Shown in pieces: positions 9,828 to 17,962 of a stretch of DNA of 64,000 nt. The translations under genes were made by a program, and so were the position numbers. This DNA comes from an uncultured Neglectibacter sp. (GTDB lineage Bacteria > Bacillota > Clostridia > Oscillospirales > Acutalibacteraceae): positions 263,078-327,077 of the forward strand of contig CAJFSY010000001.1 of NCBI GenBank assembly GCA_904419785.1, written 5' to 3'. Numbering within the stretch: the stretch's first letter is position 1; each line of letters begins with the position of its first letter. Under the pieces are notes generated by a model. It did no database searches. It was given only the letters and a program-made list of their open reading frames with translations, and was not told where the DNA came from.

Positions 9828-9944
9828 GAAAAATCTTTCAGCGCCTTGAGCGCTTTTTCCCGGCTTATGCCAGTTCCCCAGCTTCCTGCTGGGATATTTT
9901 TCTAAAATCACGCTTCTTAAGCATACCGGACAGCGGCGCTTTTG

Positions 9945-10610
9945 TCAACTATTTCTTTCCTCTGATAGCCTGTGTAAAATGAAATGATTCTTTCGGAATT
10001 CCAACAAACCTTCATCGCGCATGCGCCCCAATTCTTTTGAAAGCGCACTGCGGTCCACTCCCAAATAATCTGCCAGTTGCTGCCGATCAAATGGAATGGA
10101 AAAAGAACAACTCCCCTGTTCCATCGCTTGAGCAGAAAGATAGGTCACTACCCTTCCCCGAATGCTTTTGACACTGGTACAGAAAATACGTCCGGAAAGA
10201 ATATGGTTTTTCTGAGCAAAAATTGCAAGCAAATTGCGCAACACCGCCGCCTGCCAAGCACAGCGTGAATATCTGAAATGCAACAGAATACCTAAGTCTA
10301 TCCGCAAGATTTCCCCTTCCTCAGCCGCAATGGCCCCTACCAGCAAAGGACTGCCTGTTAACGCGTAAGTTTCCGCAAAAACCTGGCCAGGCTTAATATG
10401 CGTAAGAATACTTCTATTTCCCCAAAGGTCCACGCTTTCAATATAGACACTTCCAGAAAGCACTAACCCTATTTCCCGGATCACTTCTCCCTGGCGGAAA
10501 ATAACTGTCCCTTTTGTTACCTTTTGCCGGCGCATGGAAACCTCTTTCTCCATAGCGATCCAATCATCTGTAGTAACACCTCGAAATACCGGCGAATTCG
10601 GAATTTTCAT
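9945..10610 (-). CDS. Crp/Fnr-family transcriptional regulator
   Basis: 221 aa with an N-terminal cNMP-binding-like beta-roll and a C-terminal HTH (RQQLADYLGVDRSALSKELGRMRDEGLLEF). Confidence 0.85.
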   Translation of the reverse strand: MKIPNSPVFRGVTTDDWIAMEKEVSMRRQKVTKGTVIFRQGEVIREIGLVLSGSVYIESVDLWGNRSILTHIKPGQVFAETYALTGSPLLVGAIAAEEGEILRIDLGILLHFRYSRCAWQAAVLRNLLAIFAQKNHILSGRIFCTSVKSIRGRVVTYLSAQAMEQGSCSFSIPFDRQQLADYLGVDRSALSKELGRMRDEGLLEFRKNHFILHRLSEERNS

Positions 10611-10695
10611 AAAAACCTCAATTTCGTGGTTTAAACAACGGATTTTTATTTTTTATTATAGTACACTGTGTTCAAAGAAACAAGGAGGATTCAGT

Positions 10696-11394
10696 ATGAT
10701 TCGAAAAATCATTCACATTGATGATGAAAAATGTAACGGGTGCGGCGCTTGCGCCAACGCCTGCCACGAAGGCGCCATCGGCATGGTAGACGGTAAAGCC
10801 AAACTTTTGCGAGATGATTATTGCGACGGTTTAGGTGACTGTCTCCCCGCTTGTCCCACCGGGGCAATCACTTTTGTGGAACGGGAAGCCGCAGCATACG
10901 ATGAACAAGCTGTCATGAAAAATAAAAAAGCTCAAAACCACATTCCACCATTTGGCGGATGCCCTGGACATCAAGTGAAAACCTTTCATCGCAATACCAC
11001 ACTTTCAGATGTGGTTCCTGCTGAATCAGTATCCCAGTTGGGGCAATGGCCCTGCCAAATAAAACTCGTCCCTGTAAAGGCCCCTTACTTTCAAGGCTCC
11101 AATCTTCTCATCGCCGCAGATTGCGCTGCCTACGCGTATGCCAGCTTCCATCAAAAGTTTATGCGTGGAAAGATTACCATCATAGGATGCCCTAAACTGG
11201 ACGGTATAGACTATAGCGACAAACTCACAGAAATTCTCCGCGAAAATGATATAAAAAGCGTAACTGTGGTACGCATGGAAGTACCTTGCTGCGGTGGTTT
11301 GGAACAAGCCGCTATCACCGCTTTAAAAAATAGCGGAAAATTCCTTCCGTGGCAGGTGGTAACCATCTCAACTGACGGACAGATTTTAGAATAA
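10696..11394 (+). CDS. 4Fe-4S dicluster ferredoxin-domain protein
   Basis: Two CxxCxxCxxxCP-type motifs (CNGCGACANACHEG and CDGLGDCLPACPTG) and a Cys-containing C-terminal domain. Start set to ATG 10696 after an AAGGAGG SD. The gene is divergent from the Crp/Fnr gene. Confidence 0.8.
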   Translation: MIRKIIHIDDEKCNGCGACANACHEGAIGMVDGKAKLLRDDYCDGLGDCLPACPTGAITFVEREAAAYDEQAVMKNKKAQNHIPPFGGCPGHQVKTFHRNTTLSDVVPAESVSQLGQWPCQIKLVPVKAPYFQGSNLLIAADCAAYAYASFHQKFMRGKITIIGCPKLDGIDYSDKLTEILRENDIKSVTVVRMEVPCCGGLEQAAITALKNSGKFLPWQVVTISTDGQILE

Positions 11395-11404
11395 GTTACA
11401 AAAA

Positions 11405-11432
11405 AGGACCAAGGCTTTTCCGTCTTGGTCCT
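11405..11432. terminator. Bidirectional rho-independent terminator
   Basis: Stem aggaccaag / cttggtcct is flanked by an A-run and a T-run. It lies between convergent genes. Confidence 0.65.
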
Positions 11433-11436
11433 TTTA

Positions 11437-11715
11437 TCACAAGGCTTGGTATTGGCTTTCCAGCCACTCTACGGCCTGAGAAAGTCCATCTTCCGTAAAA
11501 GGATATTCCATCTGCTTTTTGTCATGAGCCCGGTCGAAGCACAAATCTTCCGTCCAGGCGTATGCCCTCAAAAGTTCCGCTTTTTTATCCGGCTCTACCA
11601 GATAACGGAGAAGGAGCTTCTTTTCCCAATCTTTCGTTTTTTGGCCGGCATAAGTATTTCCTTCTTCAAAGTAGTGAAACTTTTGCAGTTCCAGCTGACG
11701 TTCCATTCGAACCAT
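11437..11715 (-). CDS. Small hypothetical protein
   Basis: From ORF 11437..11805, trimmed to MVRMERQ (11715) so that it does not overlap the upstream VanZ/RDD gene. A 13-nt gap suggests an operon. No recognisable motif. Confidence 0.45.
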   Translation of the reverse strand: MVRMERQLELQKFHYFEEGNTYAGQKTKDWEKKLLLRYLVEPDKKAELLRAYAWTEDLCFDRAHDKKQMEYPFTEDGLSQAVEWLESQYQAL

Positions 11716-11728
11716 CCTTTCGCAAAAA

Positions 11729-12871
11729 TCATGAACGTGTTTCGGGACACGGAGCCGGCTGGCGAAGCACAGTGCTTGCAAGCCTGGTACCGGAAATCCT
11801 CCCATATAAATAATCCCTTCCCGTATTGGAAGACCTATTTAAAGCCGTCTCTAACAGCAAGACGAATACCCCCGCAAAAAACCAGACGGCCACTAAAAAC
11901 AGCGCTAAAAACTGCGACCCAAAAACCCAGGAGGATGCCAGCGAAAAGAACCACGCTACCGCCCAATACGCCCAAGAAAAAATCACCAGCAGCGCATACC
12001 GCAGCAAGCAACGCCAAAGAAGGACCTTGCTACCATCCACATTGATCACACAAATTTTTGTCAGCCTTTTTCCCAGGCTTTTTCCCCCGCAAGCCCACTG
12101 AAACAAACCAAAGTAGAGAATATACGCCAAGGAAAGAGCCACAAACTGCCACGGAACAAAAATAGCCGTGACCGCCCAGAGGATGGAAACAAAAAACATA
12201 TCCACCAAAAAGGAAAGGCCTCGCCGGGTAAACGTGACCCGCTCTCCTTTCTGATAAGAGCGCTTGTCGATCTCATCCCTGTCTGGCAGAACTTTCATCA
12301 GCGGGCCAGTCAGGACATATCCCAAAAAGCCACCCAGCGTGTTGCAGATCAAGTCATCCACATCGAACAGACGATATGCCCTGGGATAAAAACCGTACAA
12401 TCCCGAAAGCTGGGTAATCTCAAAAAACAAACTGACCCCAAACGTGATAAGCACCGCGGAAAGCATCTTCCGCCGAAAATAATACCGCAGATAGAATCCT
12501 AAAGGCATCAGCAGCACGATGTTGAACAGGAATTGCAGCGTAAACGTACTGAACAAAGCCGGGAGATATGTAGATGGCTCCGTCAGCTGGAAGCCAGTCT
12601 CTTTCGACAAATCTCTGAAAAAGCTGAAAGGTATTAACTGCGTGCTGGGGCCAGTCATCCTTGCGACTGCCTCTTGGCTGGGCAAAGGCAGTATCACCAG
12701 AAAATAGGCGCACAAAGCGTAAAGCACAAGAGAGTACGCGAGAAAAAATCGTGCAAATGTCATGCCCCCATATTTCCGATAGTGGTGGATCAAGAAGGGC
12801 AGCGCGATCAGCGCGGCGGCAAATGGGAAAAACAGCACCGCCTGCCACACGATCCTCAAATAGAACACCAT
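11729..12871 (-). CDS. VanZ-like / RDD-domain membrane protein
   Basis: 380 aa and polytopic. The N-terminal half has VanZ-like features (DVDDLICNTLGGFLGY). The C-terminal half has an RDD-like region (RRGLSFLVDMFFVSILW). Confidence 0.65.
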   Translation of the reverse strand: MVFYLRIVWQAVLFFPFAAALIALPFLIHHYRKYGGMTFARFFLAYSLVLYALCAYFLVILPLPSQEAVARMTGPSTQLIPFSFFRDLSKETGFQLTEPSTYLPALFSTFTLQFLFNIVLLMPLGFYLRYYFRRKMLSAVLITFGVSLFFEITQLSGLYGFYPRAYRLFDVDDLICNTLGGFLGYVLTGPLMKVLPDRDEIDKRSYQKGERVTFTRRGLSFLVDMFFVSILWAVTAIFVPWQFVALSLAYILYFGLFQWACGGKSLGKRLTKICVINVDGSKVLLWRCLLRYALLVIFSWAYWAVAWFFSLASSWVFGSQFLALFLVAVWFFAGVFVLLLETALNRSSNTGRDYLYGRISGTRLASTVLRQPAPCPETRS

Positions 12872-12941
12872 AGATCATACTCTCCTTTTCCCCATACGAT
12901 AAAAACAGTTTCGCCACAAAAATTTTGGAAAGCTTTCCGAC

Positions 12942-13691
12942 CTATTGCGAAACAGACTCAGGCGCAACGCTGTATAGAAAAGCGTTCCCCCGCTTTCCCT
13001 GCTGTTGAATAACACCCACAGTCCGAAGCACGTTGGCGGCAAGCGTCGCCTTTTTTGGGGACAACCCTACCGCCTTGCCAAATTCTCGGGAGGTAAATGG
13101 CACAGGCAGATTTTCGGGAAGCAGCTTTCTATATTCCGCTGCTGAGCGTATCCAAACTTCTTCCAACAAAGACACGGGCATTCTGTCAAACCGGGTAGAC
13201 CCGCGCTTTTTATCCTTGCTCCACCCATCTAGCAAGCGGTATTCTTCCACTTCTAAAAGCAATACGCAAAGCCGCAGGTTGGGATGGGGCAACAATTCCC
13301 GCAACTTATACAACTCCCACAGAACTTGTCCTGCCATAGGTTTTGCAGGACTTTTCCTAGGCGGGGTGGTTTCTCCCTCTTCAGTAATCCAAATCAAACT
13401 CTTTTTGGCTGGCACAGGATACACCACTGTTACCGGGCCTTGGGGAAGATAATATTGCAGTTTGGGGCGCAACCGTTCAAAAGAACACGTCTGTATCTCA
13501 ACGATCCCCTCTTCCCACACAGCGTCTGCCCAATAGGGACCTGATTTCACTTCCCGTTTGGCTGGGTCCGGTTGAAAATAATATTTCACAGCACTGTGCA
13601 GCGTCTTTTCCCCCAAAGTCCCAATGCCTTGGCGTGAGGCATTCTCTGAGAGCGCCCAGCGGCAAGCTTCTAAAAAGCGGGTCTGATCCAT
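12942..13691 (-). CDS. Conserved-looking hypothetical protein, possibly a PD-(D/E)xK-like N-domain plus a winged-helix C-domain
   Basis: 249-aa ORF. The N-terminal segment GEKTLHSAVKYYF...YWADAVWEEGIVEIQT resembles a nuclease-fold core. The C-terminal segment FTSREFGKAVGLSPKKATLAANVLRTVGVIQQQGKRGNAFLY is HTH-like. The assignment is tentative. Confidence 0.5.
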   Translation of the reverse strand: MDQTRFLEACRWALSENASRQGIGTLGEKTLHSAVKYYFQPDPAKREVKSGPYWADAVWEEGIVEIQTCSFERLRPKLQYYLPQGPVTVVYPVPAKKSLIWITEEGETTPPRKSPAKPMAGQVLWELYKLRELLPHPNLRLCVLLLEVEEYRLLDGWSKDKKRGSTRFDRMPVSLLEEVWIRSAAEYRKLLPENLPVPFTSREFGKAVGLSPKKATLAANVLRTVGVIQQQGKRGNAFLYSVAPESVSQ

Positions 13692-13692
13692 A

Positions 13693-14511
13693 TTACTCTG
13701 TCAAGGAAAACAGCTTTGCAAAGTTCTCATAGAGGATCTTCCGGTTCTCTTCTTCCCCATATCCCAACGCAAAGAACCGCTCCAGTTCCTCTTTTGGCGA
13801 CCACATGGGGAAATCCGTGCCGAACATGGTGTGATCTACCCCAAAATGCTCTATGTTTTTCCGAGCCTGCTCAGGAGAGACCATAAATAAAGAGCTGGAA
13901 GTATCAATGTACACATTGGTCCCAGAAAGTTCCCTGCAAGCATCCTCCCACTCGCTGTATCCTCCAAGATGAGCGGCAATACAGGTAAAATCCGGGATCT
14001 TCTCAAGCACGTTCATCAAGCGGCGGGGCGTGGAGAAATCTGTGCGGCTGTCTCCCGTATGAAACAAGACCGGCAGCCCCCGGCGGCTGGCTTCTCGGTA
14101 AACAGGAAGCATCCTTTCGTCATCGATGCGAAACTTTTGAAAATCCGGGTGGAGCTTAATGCCCCTCAGCCCACGGCGTTGGATATCTTCCATTTCCTCA
14201 TCTATATCGGCAATATCCTGATGCCAAGCGGCTAAACCTAAAAATTCTGGATACTTCTTGCATTTTTCCTGAATAAACTGGTTGATGGACCGCACCTGTT
14301 CCACCTTGGTGGCCACAGAGCAAACCAGAAAGCGGTCGATACCCGCTTCTCCGCCGCGCTGGGCAAGCACATGAGGCAAGCCTACGTTCTGCATGGGGAT
14401 ATCATAAAATCCTCCCACAGAATCCGTTGCTTTTTCCGCGATCTTTCCCGGATAAATATGAGCATGGGCATCAGCTACACGATAAGTCACACCATTGTGA
14501 AACACAGACAC
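13693..14511 (-). CDS. Amidohydrolase-family (TIM-barrel metal-dependent hydrolase) protein
   Basis: DAHAHIYP (HxH), GIKLHP, VLFHTGD and FGTDFPMW motifs typical of the Amidohydro_2 family. The GTG start follows the queH stop directly (TAAGTG). Confidence 0.8.
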   Translation of the reverse strand: MSVFHNGVTYRVADAHAHIYPGKIAEKATDSVGGFYDIPMQNVGLPHVLAQRGGEAGIDRFLVCSVATKVEQVRSINQFIQEKCKKYPEFLGLAAWHQDIADIDEEMEDIQRRGLRGIKLHPDFQKFRIDDERMLPVYREASRRGLPVLFHTGDSRTDFSTPRRLMNVLEKIPDFTCIAAHLGGYSEWEDACRELSGTNVYIDTSSSLFMVSPEQARKNIEHFGVDHTMFGTDFPMWSPKEELERFFALGYGEEENRKILYENFAKLFSLTE

Positions 14512-15162
14512 TTAAGGTTCCTTCCCTTCTTCTTTCTCTTTTTGACGCTGGGCTTTTGAATAAACACAACCGCAATAATCCTGGCGGTACAATGCGTGTT
14601 CTTTCGACAAGATCACCGAACGCTTGTAGCCGTCTTTCTTTTTAAAGTCGGAGGGCAGATGTGCCACTCCGTATTCCGCGCCGATCTCTTCCCCCAACCG
14701 ATTCAGCAGAGGGGCGTTTTTCATGGGAGATATGCTCAGAGTAGTGGTATAATAATCGAAGTGGAGACGGGCGGCTTCTTGTGCCGCGTGGCGAAGCCGC
14801 AGCCGGAAACACGCTTCGCAGCGCTTCCCCCCTTCCGGTTCTCCTTCCAAGCCTTTGGCGGCCTCGGCAAAGGCGGGCCCGTCATATTCACAAGAAAGGA
14901 TCTCAACCGGATGGACAAAGTTCATTTCCGCCACCAATCTCCGCAGCTCGGCTTCCCGTTTTTGATATTCTTCATAGGGAGCAATATTAGGGTTATAATA
15001 GAGTATGGTAATCGAAAAATATCGAGAAAGATATTCCAGCACCGCGCTGGAACAAGGAGCGCAGCAAGCATGCAGCAGCAGTGTCGGAACCTTTTGCTCT
15101 TGCTGCAATTTTTCAATCAACCGTTCCAGCTCTTTGGAATAATTCCGGCTTGGCTCTGCCAT
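14512..15162 (-). CDS. queH: Epoxyqueuosine reductase QueH (DUF208 family)
   Basis: LLLHACCAPCSS near the N-terminus and a C-terminal YRQDYCGC motif are characteristic of QueH. Confidence 0.8.
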   Translation of the reverse strand: MAEPSRNYSKELERLIEKLQQEQKVPTLLLHACCAPCSSAVLEYLSRYFSITILYYNPNIAPYEEYQKREAELRRLVAEMNFVHPVEILSCEYDGPAFAEAAKGLEGEPEGGKRCEACFRLRLRHAAQEAARLHFDYYTTTLSISPMKNAPLLNRLGEEIGAEYGVAHLPSDFKKKDGYKRSVILSKEHALYRQDYCGCVYSKAQRQKEKEEGKEP

Positions 15163-15197
15163 ATCCCCACCTCCTGCATATTCGTGAATCCTTATTC

Positions 15198-15226
15198 AGT
15201 TTAGCACAGCACAGCGGCAAATGCAA
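15198..15226 (-). promoter_or_regulatory. Sigma-A promoter candidate for queH
   Basis: Minus strand reads TTGCAT-N17-TAAACT. Confidence 0.45.
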
Positions 15227-15284
15227 GGGCGTGACTTTTTATCATGAAACGTTGCGGTTTGTGCTTTCTTGCACTCGATTTTGG

Positions 15285-15313
15285 TTGACACTCCCCAGGG
15301 GATACGGTATCAT
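15285..15313 (+). promoter_or_regulatory. Sigma-A promoter candidate for the YuiD-like gene
   Basis: TTGACA-N17-TATCAT. Confidence 0.55.
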
Positions 15314-15377
15314 AAGAGTAAGTTTGAGAATCGGGCGGCTTTTTCATGGGCAGCCTTACGATAAGGCGGAAATTTAT

Positions 15378-15851
15378 ATGGATTTCACGGTTTTGTTTTC
15401 CAATCCTCTAATCAATGCTGGTGTGATCTCCTGGCTGTGCGCCCAGCTAATCAAAACAATTCTGGACGCTATCAAGCACCGCTCTTTCAACCGGCAGCGT
15501 CTTGCGGGAGCCGGCGGTATGCCCAGTTCCCATTCTGCGGTATGCTGTTCGGTGGTGTTGACCTCTTATTACCTTTACGGTTTCCAATCTCCCATTTTCG
15601 CTTTAGCCTTTATCGTGGCTTTGATCGTTATGTACGACGCCACAGGGGTACGGTGGGCGGCTGGTCTCCACGCCAAGGCGATCAATCAGATCGTGGAATA
15701 TTTAGAGAACGACGACAAAGAAGCCGGGAAAAAATCCCTGAACGATTTGATCCCCCGGCTAAACGAATCCTTGGGACATCGTGTGATCGAAGTGATCTGC
15801 GGTGCGCTTTTAGGTATCTTTATTGCTGTTCTTGGCCAGTTTCTCCGATAA
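15378..15851 (+). CDS. Divergent PAP2-family membrane protein (DUF212 / YuiD-like)
   Basis: GGMPSSHSA and MYDATGVR motifs. Start set to ATG 15378 (MDFTVLFSNPL). Confidence 0.8.
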   Translation: MDFTVLFSNPLINAGVISWLCAQLIKTILDAIKHRSFNRQRLAGAGGMPSSHSAVCCSVVLTSYYLYGFQSPIFALAFIVALIVMYDATGVRWAAGLHAKAINQIVEYLENDDKEAGKKSLNDLIPRLNESLGHRVIEVICGALLGIFIAVLGQFLR

Positions 15852-15858
15852 AATATAC

Positions 15859-15892
15859 GCCCGGACAAAGTGTTGCTCTGTCCGGGCTTTTT
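15859..15892. terminator. Bidirectional rho-independent terminator
   Basis: Stem gcccggaca / tgtccgggc followed by ttttt on the plus strand. A T-rich tract also follows on the minus strand. Confidence 0.65.
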
Positions 15893-15897
15893 CGTGT

Positions 15898-16023
15898 TTA
15901 TGGGTAAGGCGGACCTTTTGGATGGCCACCCTCATGTTTCAGCCGCCGCTCTTGCCACAAGGCCGTCAACCAAGCTGCCGCAACCGCGAAGATAATATAG
16001 GTCCCTAAAAACACCAAGTACAC
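15898..16023 (-). CDS. Candidate 41-aa single-pass membrane peptide (below the ORF-track cutoff)
   Basis: GGGAGG SD, a 7-nt spacer, then a GTG start. Translation: MYLVFLGTYIIFAVAAAWLTALWQERRLKHEGGHPKGPPYP. The bidirectional terminator lies just downstream. No convincing promoter was seen. Confidence 0.35.
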   Translation of the reverse strand: MYLVFLGTYIIFAVAAAWLTALWQERRLKHEGGHPKGPPYP

Positions 16024-16101
16024 CTTCCCACCTCCCTTTTCTCAAGGATACGCATCAGCCATTGTCCCCTATTCCCCTATCAGGAAGCCCCCTTCAGCCG
16101 C

Positions 16102-16130
16102 TTGCATCCCCTTAACAGGTGTGGTACAAT
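16102..16130 (+). promoter_or_regulatory. Sigma-A promoter candidate for prfC (extended -10)
   Basis: TTGCAT-N17-TACAAT with a TGg extended -10 element. Confidence 0.5.
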
Positions 16131-16315
16131 TAACGGCGGTCTTTCTGGGAAAAATTCCCCAAGGGACGCTTTGACCAAACCCTTTTGATAAAGCACATAA
16201 TTTATGTTTTCGCTTGTATATTCAGATATATTTTTTAGAAAGAGGGATCTCCCATGTAAAGCACGCCATACCCTTGCCGCAGAACGAAACTACTTTTGAG
16301 AAAGGATGGCCTATT

Positions 16316-17911
16316 TTGCCTGATTTGAAAAATGAAATCCAGCGCCGCAGGACTTTTGCGATCATCTCTCACCCCGACGCCGGTAAAACTACACTGACAG
16401 AAAAATTCCTGCTTTACGGCGGAGCGATCACCTTGGCCGGCATGGTAAAGGGAAAGCGGAATTCCCGCCACGCTGTTTCCGACTGGATGGAGATCGAAAA
16501 ACAACGTGGTATCTCTGTCACCTCTTCGGTTATGCAGTTTCAATATGACGGTTACTGTATCAACATTTTGGATACACCCGGCCACCAGGACTTCTCTGAG
16601 GACACTTACCGCACCTTGATGGCCGCCGATTCTGCAGTGATGGTCATCGATGCTTCCAAAGGCGTTGAGGCCCAGACCCGAAAGCTTTTCAAAGTCTGCG
16701 TTATGCGCGATATTCCCATTTTCACATTTATCAATAAAATGGACCGTGATTCCCGCAGTCCCTACGATTTGCTGGATGAAATCGAAAAGGAGCTGGGCAT
16801 CGGCACCTATCCCATGAACTGGCCTATCGGTTCCGGCGTGGACTTTAAAGGTGTTTATGACCGTGAAAGCCGTCAAGTGCTTATGTTCGAGCCCGACGGA
16901 GACAACGCCGGCCGCAAAGAAGCCAGAGAACATGATTATTCTCTGGATGACGAGGGGCTTCGGGCCGCCGTTGGGGATTATCTATATGATACTTTGCAAG
17001 ACGACGTCGAGCTGATCGATGGCGCTGGGTATGATTTTGACCTGGAAAAAGTCCGCCACGGAAAACTTTCCCCGGTATTCTTCGGCTCGGCGCTGACGAA
17101 CTTCGGCGTAGAACCTTTTTTGGAAGACTTTTTGAAATTGACCACACCTCCCCTGCCCCGGAATACCTCTCAAGGCGTTGTTGACCCCTTTGACCCCAAT
17201 TTCTCCGCGTTTGTATTCAAGATCCAGGCCAACATGAATAAGGCCCATCGCGACCGTATCGCTTTTATCCGTATTTGCAGCGGCAAATTCGAGAAAGGAA
17301 TGGAAGTGGAACACGTTCAGGGGGGCAGAAAGATGAAGCTCTCCCAGCCCCAGCAGTTGATGGCCCAGAGCCGGGAGATCATCGAAGAAGCTTACGCGGG
17401 AGACATCATCGGCGTGTTCGACCCAGGTGTATTTTCAATCGGAGATACTTTGTGCACGCCAGGAAAGAAAATCCTGTTTGAGGGCATCCCCACATTCGCT
17501 CCGGAACTTTTCAGTCTGGTGCGCCAGAAGGACACCATGAAACGGAAACAGTTCGTCAAAGGCGCCACCCAGATCGCCCAGGAAGGCGCTATCCAGATCT
17601 TCCAGGAAATCGCTTCCGGTATGGAGGAAATCATCGTGGGTGTGGTGGGAAGCCTGCAGTTTGACGTATTCAAATACCGCATGGAAAACGAATATAATGT
17701 GGATATCACCATGCAAACCCTGCCTTTCTCTTATATCCGGTGGATCGACAACGAGGAGATCGATCTGAAATCCTTGAACCTGACTTCCGACACAAAAAAG
17801 GTACAAGATATGAAAGGCCGCTATTTGTTGTTATTCGCAAATCAATGGAGCATCAACTGGGCGTTGGAACACAATGAAGGTTTGCTCCTTTCGGAATTCA
17901 GCAGAAACTGA
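16316..17911 (+). CDS. prfC: Peptide chain release factor 3
   Basis: RRTFAIISHPDAGKTTLTEK (G1), DTPGHQDF (G3), NKMD (G4) and overall RF3 length. There is no in-frame ATG near the conserved N-terminus. TTG 16316 follows AAAGGATGG. The maximal ORF begins at 16214. Confidence 0.88.
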   Translation: MPDLKNEIQRRRTFAIISHPDAGKTTLTEKFLLYGGAITLAGMVKGKRNSRHAVSDWMEIEKQRGISVTSSVMQFQYDGYCINILDTPGHQDFSEDTYRTLMAADSAVMVIDASKGVEAQTRKLFKVCVMRDIPIFTFINKMDRDSRSPYDLLDEIEKELGIGTYPMNWPIGSGVDFKGVYDRESRQVLMFEPDGDNAGRKEAREHDYSLDDEGLRAAVGDYLYDTLQDDVELIDGAGYDFDLEKVRHGKLSPVFFGSALTNFGVEPFLEDFLKLTTPPLPRNTSQGVVDPFDPNFSAFVFKIQANMNKAHRDRIAFIRICSGKFEKGMEVEHVQGGRKMKLSQPQQLMAQSREIIEEAYAGDIIGVFDPGVFSIGDTLCTPGKKILFEGIPTFAPELFSLVRQKDTMKRKQFVKGATQIAQEGAIQIFQEIASGMEEIIVGVVGSLQFDVFKYRMENEYNVDITMQTLPFSYIRWIDNEEIDLKSLNLTSDTKKVQDMKGRYLLLFANQWSINWALEHNEGLLLSEFSRN

Positions 17912-17923
17912 CCAGCAACGCGA

Positions 17924-17952
17924 CTGCCGGGGCCACCGCTCCGGCAGTTTTT
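17924..17952 (+). terminator. Rho-independent terminator after prfC
   Basis: Stem ctgccgg / ccggcag plus ttttt, running directly into the AGGAGG SD of the next gene. Confidence 0.6.
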
Positions 17953-17962
17953 AGGAGGATTT

